A stretch of 51,468 nt of DNA from Prasinococcaceae sp. CCMP 1430 (lineage: Eukaryota > Plantae > Prasinodermophyta). Position 1 is the first letter of the stretch. Every line of letters begins with the position of its first letter. The DNA is taken from contig RQSC01000019.1 in the NCBI GenBank assembly GCA_013416795.1, positions 277,654 to 329,121 on the forward strand, in the 5' to 3' direction. The notes beneath the pieces were generated by a model. That model saw nothing but the letters and a program-made list of their open reading frames with translations. It did not search any database and had not been told where the DNA came from. Made by a program: the position numbers and the translations under genes. Shown here piece by piece: positions 20,467 through 29,584 of the stretch.

Positions 20467-22086
20467 TCAGGCGTTCCCAAACCTCCCGTACCGGTCGGGT
20501 GGCCCTGAGAAAATACCTTGATCCCACACCCAGGGCACGTCTTTGGTGGTGTAGGGCTCGAGAGGCAACTCGTACGGCACAGGCAGCCGAGCAATGGCAA
20601 ACTCGCCCGCGGGTGCGGCGCCACCTCTGAGCGGAAGCATCACCACTCTCGTAGGAGTGTCCGACCCTCCTGATGGCGATCCCTCGAGGGAGCAGCGCCA
20701 CGCTTTCGGTGTGCAGCTGAACTCCGCGGCCGCAGACGCATTCGACAATGTGGTCGGCGTCACCAGCACGCCCGCCTCGTACGACAGCACCTGAAGCTGC
20801 GTCCCCTTCAGTTGGAGCTGCCCCCACGCGGCCTTCGACAGATTTGAACTCGTGAGCAAGTAGAACCTGATCAGCGGCGCCACGGAATTAGCCGCCCTCG
20901 ATTGCATGCGCACGAACGTCTTAATGTGCGGGGTCAGCAGGCGCTTGCCCGCATCGTCGCCATCGCGCGTGAGCCTGTGGTATCGCGCCCTCAGATGAGG
21001 CTTGAGGACGTTCTTGCTGGGGCCAGGAACGGAATTGCCGGAGCTGTACCCCGCGTACGATGTACGTATCTCCTCGACCGTCGGCCAGACGAGCCTCACA
21101 TCACGGACGGGAGCGCCGCCGCCGCACAGGCTCGTCGCTAGCTCATCTGCCAGCCACTGCGAGTCGCCCGTCTTCTTGTCCGGAGCCATGGAACCGCACG
21201 ACGAGTACTGCAAGGCCAGGAGGTCGTCTTTGTCTCCGCCGCCGCCGCCGTCGCGTCGGAGCGCCTCCCGCACCGCGAGGTGCCCCCACTTCTTCAGGCT
21301 CGCGCCCGTGTGGCGCCCCGGGACGCTCGCGACGAACATGGCCGTTGCGTTTACGAAGGAGAATCTTCGGAGGACGCCCACGCTCGCTCGGTCACCATTG
21401 ACAGTGGTGCCCGGCCACTTGGTCGCCTCGAAGTAAGCCACGAGGGCGTCCTCAAACGGCGAGGTCTCGCCAAGCTGATCGAGCGTCTTGAGTGGGAAGT
21501 CCTGCGTCCACAACCCCTGCGCCATGTCGCGCACATCACTGTAGATGAGATTCGAGGTATGCACCACCACGCGCACGCCCTTATCGAAGACTAATACGAA
21601 CAGCTTGGAATGATGGGTGCCGTACTGCAGCGGCAACGGCGGGTAGTACAGCTCGAATGCCGGTGCGCACGCCAGCGCCGGGCCGAGCGTGCTCCTCGGG
21701 CTGTTGCGGCTGTCTGTAAACACGCAGACGCGCCCGCAGCGACCGAGCGCCGGCAGCTCGCGCAGCAAAAACGCAGGGTCAATGAGGTAGTCGCAGACGA
21801 TCGCCCACTCGAAGTCTCCTTCCACGACGTCGGCGAGGCCGACGCGCTCGTCCGGCGCGGCGCAGCGCACGTGCGATGACGTCAGCATCCTCACGGGCTG
21901 CGCGCGCACAGCCGAGCGCGGGATGCCGTCGCCTGCCGCCGCCGCCGCCGGCCTCCCAGCGCTGCCTCCTGCGCCTCCGCCATCTCCCGTCCGCGCGCGC
22001 TTCGCTGCTGGTGCCGCTGGCACCACCACGCAGTCGCCGTCGCTGCTGTCCGAGTCTATGAGGTCGACGACCTCCACGCCCCCCAT
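20467..22086 (-). CDS. TDP1: Tyrosyl-DNA phosphodiesterase 1
   Basis: Two HxK motifs (YGTHHSKL, TPHIKTF), SSNLSKAAWG, SYEAGVL, SVPGRH. SIM-like VEVVDLIDSD at the N-terminus. Confidence 0.93.
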   Translation of the reverse strand: MGGVEVVDLIDSDSSDGDCVVVPAAPAAKRARTGDGGGAGGSAGRPAAAAAGDGIPRSAVRAQPVRMLTSSHVRCAAPDERVGLADVVEGDFEWAIVCDYLIDPAFLLRELPALGRCGRVCVFTDSRNSPRSTLGPALACAPAFELYYPPLPLQYGTHHSKLFVLVFDKGVRVVVHTSNLIYSDVRDMAQGLWTQDFPLKTLDQLGETSPFEDALVAYFEATKWPGTTVNGDRASVGVLRRFSFVNATAMFVASVPGRHTGASLKKWGHLAVREALRRDGGGGGDKDDLLALQYSSCGSMAPDKKTGDSQWLADELATSLCGGGAPVRDVRLVWPTVEEIRTSYAGYSSGNSVPGPSKNVLKPHLRARYHRLTRDGDDAGKRLLTPHIKTFVRMQSRAANSVAPLIRFYLLTSSNLSKAAWGQLQLKGTQLQVLSYEAGVLVTPTTLSNASAAAEFSCTPKAWRCSLEGSPSGGSDTPTRVVMLPLRGGAAPAGEFAIARLPVPYELPLEPYTTKDVPWVWDQGIFSGPPDRYGRFGNA

Positions 22087-22210
22087 TGCGGGGGCCACGG
22101 CACGGCCTTCCGCGGCGCGGCCCCGCGCAGGGGCCGCCGCCACGCCGCGTCGCTGCGGCTCTCGCGCGTTGTGTGGTGGGTCGGGGGGTGGCGAGGCGCG
22201 CGCCGGGCCG

Positions 22211-22241
22211 GGCCCACATAAACCCTAATCCTAAACCCTAA
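22211..22241. promoter_or_regulatory. Site II (GGCCCA) plus two telo-boxes (AAACCCTAA) upstream of TDP1
   Basis: GGCCCA at 22211-22216; AAACCCTAA at 22220-22228 and 22233-22241. This pairing is a known green-plant promoter module. Confidence 0.6.
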
Positions 22242-22738
22242 TATGGGGGCTGTTGACGCATCAGTCAGCAGGCAAGACGAGTTTTTGACGCTGGCGTCGT
22301 GCCGAACGGAAACTTTGGATTTGGAGCACACTGGGAACGACGTCGTCCGTCCGGAACTGAACCGAAACGAGCGCGCCGGAAGGGGGGAAAGGAATTGACG
22401 GATTCCATCCATCCAGCCATTGCAATTGTACCATCTCATCGCATGCCCGCGCTCCCTCTCGCGCGCCCCAGCCAGCGCCGATCGTCTGCTCAGCGGCATT
22501 TCGCGCGCGCGGTGGTGCGCGCGCAGAGGTGTGAAGACACGCAGAAACGACGCCCCCAGCGCATTTCGCGCGCGTGCGGCCGCGGCGGCGCGGCGGTGAC
22601 TGCGGGTGGTGGGAGCGGCGCGGCGCCACGCGGAGCGCGGCGAGCGGGCGCGCCTCCGCACCGTCCCTCCCTCACTCCCTCCGCCCCTGCCTCCCCTGCT
22701 CTTCTGTCTCCCTCCCTTGCGCGCCGCGCCTTTTTTTA

Positions 22739-22812
22739 GATTTTGATTTTGATTTTGATTTTGATTTTGATTTTGATTTAGATTTTTGATGGTTTTGATT
22801 TTGATTTTGATT
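22739..22812 (+). repeat. (GATTTT)n hexamer array upstream of the STY kinase
   Basis: About 11 imperfect units read directly from the sequence. Confidence 0.9.
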
Positions 22813-22860
22813 CTCAAGCGAGGGTTTGAATGCGCTTGCGTTTTGCCATACCCTCCATGC

Positions 22861-25101
22861 ATGCACTCCTACCCCCCCCCCCGCGAGGCGGGCCGAGCCG
22901 AGCGCGACGGCGCGAGCGCGGGCCCACGAAACGATCCGGGGACGGACGAGCCCGGAGCGCGGCCGGCCCCTTCCCCTGTCAGGACGCGTCTGCGGTCCAG
23001 TCCAGGCCGGTGCGGTGCGGTGCGGGGGCGGTGGCGGGGCGGGGCAGCCGGCCGGTACGAGCGGACGCTGAACGCCCACCTGACGCCGGTGCTGGAGAAG
23101 GTGGTGTCGAGCACGCACGATATGACGGGAGAGAGCCGCGACGACCTGCGCGCGCGCTACACCGACCTGCTGCGCGCGATGGGGCAGCGCTTCCTGCGCG
23201 AGGTGCTCGACGACCCCGCCGAGTCCATCCTCGCGGCGGTCGAGCTCATGCAGCGGGCGCGCGCGGGCGGGCCGACCGCGCCGCCCGCCGTGACCATGCG
23301 CGTCGTCACGGAGGAGACCGACTACATGAGCCTGCGATCGTCGTCCTTCGACAGCCTGGCGTCCTCCATGGCGGAGAGCCTGAAGATGGACGACGCGTTC
23401 GACGACGAGGGGCCGCTGTCCCCCCGCAGCGACATCTGCGCGGTGCGCAAGCACTCGGAGGACAACAGCTCGGTTCGCATGGGCCACGAGGTGTACAAGC
23501 GCCACGAGGTCGTGTTCGCGTCGTACGACTTCCCGGGCACGTTCTCCAAGCTCACCCAGGCGACGTCCGAGGCGGGCATGGAGGTCAAGGAGGCGCACTC
23601 GTACGTGACGATGGACCGCATGCTGCTGACAACCTTCGTCGTTGACGGCGTGGACCTGGACGCCCAGGCGCCGGAGGCAATCGAGGAGAGCCTCGGGGCC
23701 GTGCTCGCGCGCGCGCGGTGGGGGCCGCCCGGCGCCGAGGGCAGCGGGGGGAACGGCGTCGGCGGCGTGGATGGCCAGCGCATGCGCATGCCCATGCCCT
23801 CGTCGCAGTTCGGTGCGCCGCTCGCGGGCGCGGGCGGCGTCGCGCTGCCCTCGAGCCCGCCGCAGCAGATCATCAGGGGCGGGCCACAGAACTTCCAAGC
23901 GCAGTCGCTAATGCCCGGCCCGGTCTCGCACGGGGCGGAGGCGGCGATGGACAGAGCGGAGCGTCTGCGCGAGGAGCAGGAGGCCGCGCGGCTTCGCGAG
24001 GAGCTCCTGCGGCATCCGAGCCGCGAGGGGGACATGACGGCCCTGGCGAAGCAGCAGCAGGCCCGCAACGGAGGCATGCGCGCGGCTCTCATCCACCAGC
24101 ACCTGCAGGCGCAGGCGCACGGGCAGGAGCGCAAGGGCGGCATCTCGCAGCAGCAGGGCGGGCACGCGCCCGGCGCGCACGAGCTCGACGGGCACATGTA
24201 CCCCAACGGCGGCGCGTTCGCCGCCGCGCCGCACTACTCGGCGGACAGCAGCCTGGAGTGGCGCGAAATCGTGGCCGAGCGCTGCATGGCGACGGGCAAC
24301 AAGTCGCAGCTGTGGTGCGGCATGTTCAGGGGCCAGCGAGTGGCGATCAAGGTGCTGGAGGGGGTGCCGTCCCTCGAGGCCGAACGCGCGGGGGACTTCG
24401 TGCACGAGGTGGATATGCTACGGCGCCTGAAGCACCCCAACGTCCTCGGCTTCGTAGGCGCCTGCATGCGGCCTGGCGAGCGCTTCGCCATCCTCACCGA
24501 ATTCATGGATGGCGGCTCGGTGCAGAGCCTGCGCGCGACGTACCCGACGCTCGCGGCCGAGCCGGGCGGCTTCCCCGAGCACATGCTGGTGTGCATCGCG
24601 CTCGACGTCGCTCGCGGGCTCAAGTACCTGCACGACAACTCCATAGTGCACCGTGACATCAAGTCCGCGAACCTGCTGTGCGACGCGGCAGGCGTGGTGA
24701 AGGTGGCAGACTTCGGGGTCGCCCGCGAGGTGCGCGCAGGCGAAGAAATGACCGCCGAGACGGGCACCTACCGTTGGATGGCGCCCGAAGTCATCGCGCA
24801 CAAACCCTACGACTGGCGTGCAGACGTGTACTCGTTCGGCGTGCTCATCTGGGAGCTCTTCACGGGCGAGGTGCCGTACAAAGACATGACGCCCATGAAC
24901 GCGGCCGTCGGCGTCGTGCAGCGCGGCCTGCGGCCGGTCATTCCGTACAACTGCCCGCCGTACCTGAATGAGCTGCTGCGCGGGTGCTGGAAAACGGACG
25001 TGAAGGCCAGGCCCACCATGGACTCGGTTGTGGCTCTCTTCGAGGAGAGGATGGCGGCCCTTGGTGGGCGACAGGCGTGCAGGATAAGAGCTAGATACTA
25101 G
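22861..25101 (+). CDS. Raf-like STY kinase with ACT domain (STY8/17/46-like); start uncertain
   Basis: ACT domain HEVVFASYDFPG...EAHSYVT...TFVVDG. Kinase motifs VAIKVL, HRDIKSANLL, DFGVAR, MTAETGTYRWMAPEVI.HKPYD. Confidence 0.9.
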   Translation: MHSYPPPREAGRAERDGASAGPRNDPGTDEPGARPAPSPVRTRLRSSPGRCGAVRGRWRGGAAGRYERTLNAHLTPVLEKVVSSTHDMTGESRDDLRARYTDLLRAMGQRFLREVLDDPAESILAAVELMQRARAGGPTAPPAVTMRVVTEETDYMSLRSSSFDSLASSMAESLKMDDAFDDEGPLSPRSDICAVRKHSEDNSSVRMGHEVYKRHEVVFASYDFPGTFSKLTQATSEAGMEVKEAHSYVTMDRMLLTTFVVDGVDLDAQAPEAIEESLGAVLARARWGPPGAEGSGGNGVGGVDGQRMRMPMPSSQFGAPLAGAGGVALPSSPPQQIIRGGPQNFQAQSLMPGPVSHGAEAAMDRAERLREEQEAARLREELLRHPSREGDMTALAKQQQARNGGMRAALIHQHLQAQAHGQERKGGISQQQGGHAPGAHELDGHMYPNGGAFAAAPHYSADSSLEWREIVAERCMATGNKSQLWCGMFRGQRVAIKVLEGVPSLEAERAGDFVHEVDMLRRLKHPNVLGFVGACMRPGERFAILTEFMDGGSVQSLRATYPTLAAEPGGFPEHMLVCIALDVARGLKYLHDNSIVHRDIKSANLLCDAAGVVKVADFGVAREVRAGEEMTAETGTYRWMAPEVIAHKPYDWRADVYSFGVLIWELFTGEVPYKDMTPMNAAVGVVQRGLRPVIPYNCPPYLNELLRGCWKTDVKARPTMDSVVALFEERMAALGGRQACRIRARY

Positions 25102-25581
25102 TGGCACATGTGTACTTGCAAACGGCACCGAACTTGGTTAATAGCGCCGTTTTTTTGTGACATGCTGCTGGCAGCACGCGGACGCTCGCGGCTGGCGCGC
25201 GGCTGGGCCGGCGCCGACGAGCCAGCGAGTATAGATGATAGCGAAACATTACACATCGACGGACGTCGACAGGACGACCGTCTCCAACGCTGCTATGAAA
25301 GAATGAGCGCGGCGGCCCCGCCGCCGCGCCAGGGCGAGGGGTGCTCCCTCGCCCCGGCTCGGGCGAGCGGGGTGCTTGCGCGCCACACGAGAGGCCCGCC
25401 GCGTGGCAGCCCCGCCCTCGCGTGGGTGTCGCATCCGCGTGCAAATGACAGAGGACGAGCGAAGGCTGAAGGGGATCGGGGTTTGGGGTGCCGGGTGGGT
25501 CGGGGGCATGCTGCCAGCCATGAAGCCTGGGCGGCGTGTGGTTTTGTGTTTCGGGTCACGGCGCCAGCCGCCGAGCGTCGC

Positions 25582-27391
25582 TTACGCGAGGCCGGTGGTG
25601 TCGAAGCCGGGCATGGCGAACTTGACGGCGAAGGCCTCCACGTCGGCGCGCAGCGCAGCGATGTCCTTGTTGTCCACCAGGCCCTTGTTGAAGTCCCTCA
25701 TCATCTTTCCGTGCTCGCCCATGATCTTCAGGCAGATGTCGGCCGCGCGGCCGAGGAACTCGCCGATCTTGACGAAGTCCGCCTCCACGAGGCCACGGCT
25801 GGTCATGGCGGGGGCGCCGATGCGGACGCCGCCGGGGCTCATCGCGGAGGCGTCGCCGAAGACGGCGTTCTTGTTGAGCGTGATGTGGCACAGGTCGCAC
25901 ACCTTCTCCATCTTGTTGCCGGTGAGGCCCAGGCTGCGCAGGTCCCAAAGCAGCAGGTGGTTCTCCGTGCCATCAGTGACCAGCTTGTAGCCCTTCGACA
26001 TGAGCATGTCAGCGAGCGCCTTGGCGTTGGCCTTGACCTGCTGGATGTACACCTTGAAGGCCGGGTCCTGCACCTGCTTGAGCGCGACGGCCAGGCCGCC
26101 GATCTGGTGGTTGTGCGGGCCGCCCTGCAGCGCGGGGAACACCGCGAAGTTGATCTTGTCCTCGAAGTCGTACTGCACGTCATCGGGCTCGCCCTTCTTC
26201 GGCGTGCGCGGCCCCTTGCGGTAGAAGATCATGCCCGAGCGCGGGCCGCGGAGCGACTTGTGCGTCGTGGTCGTCACGATGTCGACGTAGTCGAACGGCG
26301 AGATGTGCTCCTCGGCGGCAACCAGGCCGGAGATGTGCGCCATGTCCATCATGAGGAGCGCGCCCACCTTGTCCGCGATCGCACGGAAGCGCGCGTAGTC
26401 CCAGTCACGCGGGTATGCCGAGCCGCCCATCACGATGAGCTTCGGGCGGAAGTCCAGCGCCTTCTCCTCGAGCTTGTCGTAGTCGAGGTAGCCGGTCTCG
26501 GGGTGGAGCTTGTAAGGGAGCGACTCGAAGTAGATGGAGGTCGCCGAAATCTGCGCGGATGAGCGCGTGCGGGGTGAGGGCAGGCCGGGGCGGGATGAAA
26601 TGGGGGTGGCGGAGGACGGGTGCAGGCGTCGGTAGCCGCTGCCGTGTCAGCCGCCTGGCCTCGCGTGCGGCAGCAGCACATCGAGCGCGGGGGCTGCCGC
26701 CGCGGGCGCACGGCGGAGGGCGGCGAGGCGCATCCATCGGGGGAGAGCGCGAGGGACCATCCATCCTCCCACCCATCTGCGCGGCGCGTGCGCGGCCGCG
26801 CGGCCGCGACAGCGCGCGCGACACGCCGCTGCGCACGCACGCGCATCCGTGCGCGCGGCTTCCGAGACGCCGCGCGCACGCCGCGGAGAGAGGTAGCGCG
26901 AGCGCACACGCGCGGCGGCCTCGAGCGGCGGACGGCGCCTTCGGCGAGCGCACCTTCTTGCCGTTGGCGGTGTAGTAGCCGTGGGTGAGATGGCCGCCCG
27001 AGGGCAGGTCGAGGCCCATGATGCGGTCATGCGGGTTGAGCAGCGCCGTGTACGCCGCAAAGTTCGCCGGCGAGCCCGAGTAGGGCTGCACGTTGACGCC
27101 CCACTTCTCGGGGTCGAGGTGGAACGCACTGAGCGCGCGCTCGCGGCAGATGTTCTCGATGACGTCGATGTTCTCGTTGCCGCCGTAGTAGCGCGCGCCG
27201 GGCAGGCCCTCGGAGTACTTGTTGGTCAGGCACGAGCCGAGGCACTCGATGACGGCCTGCGAGGTGAAGTTCTCCGACGCGATGAGCTCGATGCCCTTGA
27301 ACTGGCGCACCTTCTCCTTCTCGATCAGGCCGTGGATCTCCGGGTCCACCTCCTTCAGGGGGGTCAGGCCCCACTCCGCCACCGACTGCAT
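25582..27391 (-). CDS. SHMT: Cytosolic serine hydroxymethyltransferase (SHM4-like); join(27391..26954,26550..25582), 468 aa
   Basis: [54 protein letters not shown]. 403-bp intron 26953-26551 in frame (NGKK|ISATS). No transit peptide. Confidence 0.97.
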
Positions 27392-28005
27392 CGCGACGGG
27401 CTGAAGGGGGAGGGGGAAGGGGGGAAGGGAGGCGCACGCGAGGTGCGCGGTGTGGCCGGGCTGCGTCGCGGCCTGCACCCGCGGCCCGCCCCCTGCGCGC
27501 GCGCGTCGCGTTTCGGCGCGCGCGAAACCGCCGATCGGCGCGCACCGCGAACTTGCGGCGGTCGGCGCGCCTCGCCCGAAACGGCGGGACCGCCCCCGCG
27601 CAACCGCGCTTTCGCCGCCCCCAATCCGTTTTTATATATCATTTCTGCAAAGGAAAATTCGCGGCGGCGAAATGAACCCCCGTTCCGCGGCCGCAGCTGC
27701 CACCTGCAGCATCCACTCGCGCCCGCCCGCGCGCGAGGTGAAAAAGTGGTGACGTGCAACGCTGCGGGGCGCGAAGGGTTCCGCGAGGGAAGCGACGTTT
27801 AATGTGACGTTTCATTTACCCACGGGAGATCATTTTTATCACGCCGTCCCGCCAGGTGCGACGCAACGCTTTGGCGCCCGAAAGGGTTCCGGAGGGGTTC
27901 CTTTTAAGCTTTTCTGTATACCCTAAAGTCCTTTGTAAAAACCGTAAGTGATGAAACCGTAAGGGGGTGCAGCGCCGGTGCCGCGGCTCGTGCGCTTCCG
28001 AGGCG

Positions 28006-28037
28006 ATGGTATCGTGCGCGGCTGTGCCAGAGGGGCG

Positions 28038-28076
<39 letters not shown>

Positions 28077-29429
28077 TGGGGCGCGGGCGCCGACGCGATC
28101 GCGGCGGCGGGGGAGGCGTCCGAGGCGCCGCTGCGGCTCGGCGGCGACGTCACGTCGGGCGACCTCGCCACGGCGCCGCAGGACGTCGACCTGCTCATCG
28201 TGGGCGCAGGCCTGTCGGGCGCCGTGCTGGCCGAGCGCTGCTCGAAGGAGCTAGGGATGACGAGCGTGGTGATCGACAAGCGCGATCACATCGGCGGGAA
28301 CTGCTACGACTACGTGGACGCGCACGGCATCCGCGCGTCAAAGTACGGCGCGCATCTCTTCCACACCAAGTTCGAGCGCGTGTGGGAGTACGTGCAGCGC
28401 TTCTCGGAGTGGATTCCCTTCGACCACCGAGTGAAGGGCATGGTCGCAGACGTCGACGGCGAGAAGAAGCTCGTGCCCATCCCCCCCACGCAGGAGACTG
28501 TGAACACGCTGCGCCTCGACGCGGGCGAGGGCGGCGTGCACTCCGAGGAGGCCATGCAGGCGTGGTACGACCGCCAGCGAGTGGTGCCACCCGGCGGCGA
28601 GCCCGCGAACGGCGAGGAGGCCGCGCTGTCGCGCGTCGGGCCGCTCCTGTACGAGCGGGTCTTCAAACACTACACGAAGAAACAGTGGGACAAGTACCCG
28701 GCGGAGCTCGATGCGAGCGTGCTCATGCGCCTGCCCTGTCGCACCTCGACCGACGACAGGTACTTCTCTGACGAGTGGCAGGCGCTGCCGAAGCGAGGGT
28801 ACACGCGCATCTTCGAGAACATGCTGCTCAACGACCCCAACATCACCATACGGCTCAACTGCGACTTCTTCGCAGCGCGCGAGGCCAACGCGCTGCCCAG
28901 GCACAAGCTGCTCGTGTACACGGGCCAGATCGACACCTACTACGCCGGCCTGGGCATGCCGCAGCTGGAGTACAGGTCGCTCAGGTTCGAGGAGGAGTAC
29001 GTCGAGGAGCCCGAAGGGGGATTCTTCCAGGAGGCGATGGTGGTGAACCATCCAGGTCCCGACGTTCCCTTCACGCGCATCGTCGAGTACAAGCATGTGC
29101 CAAACCAGCCTACGGAGGTCAAGGAGGGAAAGGTCAAGGGCACGCTCATCGCTCGCGAGTACAGCAAGGCCGGAGGGGAACCGTACTACCCCGTTCCCAA
29201 TCCCGCCAACCGTGAGCTCTACGAGAAGTACGCCGAGATGGCCGCCAAGGAGGAAGGCGTGTGCTTCGTTGGGCGCCTCGCGAGCTACAAGTACTTCAAC
29301 ATGGACCAGGCCATCCTGAACGCCTTGGAGATGTACGACAACTTGCGCGAGACGGGCAGGCTCGAGCCAAAGCGCGCGCCGCACGAGTTCGGGCCCGGCG
29401 ACAACGAGGCCAACGGCGGGCTGAAGTGA
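28006..29429 (+). CDS. glf: UDP-galactopyranose mutase, prokaryote-type; apparent frameshift in a 34-C run near the 5' end
   Basis: IVGAGLSG, KRDHIGGNCYD, YGAHLFHT, YTKKQW, FTRIVEYKH, GEPYYP, GRLASYKYFNMDQ. Confidence 0.93.
28043..28076. repeat. Poly-C homopolymer (34 nt)
   Basis: Read directly from the sequence. It breaks the frame between ATG 28006 and the glf body. Confidence 0.85.
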
Positions 29430-29584
29430 GCAGGCTGCGACCCGGCGCCCCCCGCGCGCGCCGCGCGGCCGCTCAGACGACGCCCGCCGACGGCGCGGCG
29501 GCACTCCCATTGGTTTTTGCGATTGTTTTGGTTATGATTCCCCCCTAGCAACGGCAACCTCGCCCGGCGTCGCACCGCGCGCGT

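Noticed and set aside
22739-22812. Tandem hexamer and other short repeats as CRISPR arrays or telomeres
   Set aside because: No repeat-spacer structure, no cas genes, eukaryotic context; telo-like words are isolated and internal.
8151-27391. AlaAT/GGAT plus SHMT as a photorespiration cluster
   Set aside because: They are 16 kb apart with unrelated genes between; the SHMT looks cytosolic and the aminotransferase has no PTS1.
27750-27960. TGACGT and AAGGGTTCC words in the SHMT/glf divergent region
   Set aside because: Plausible promoter words, but too short and too few to call without background statistics.
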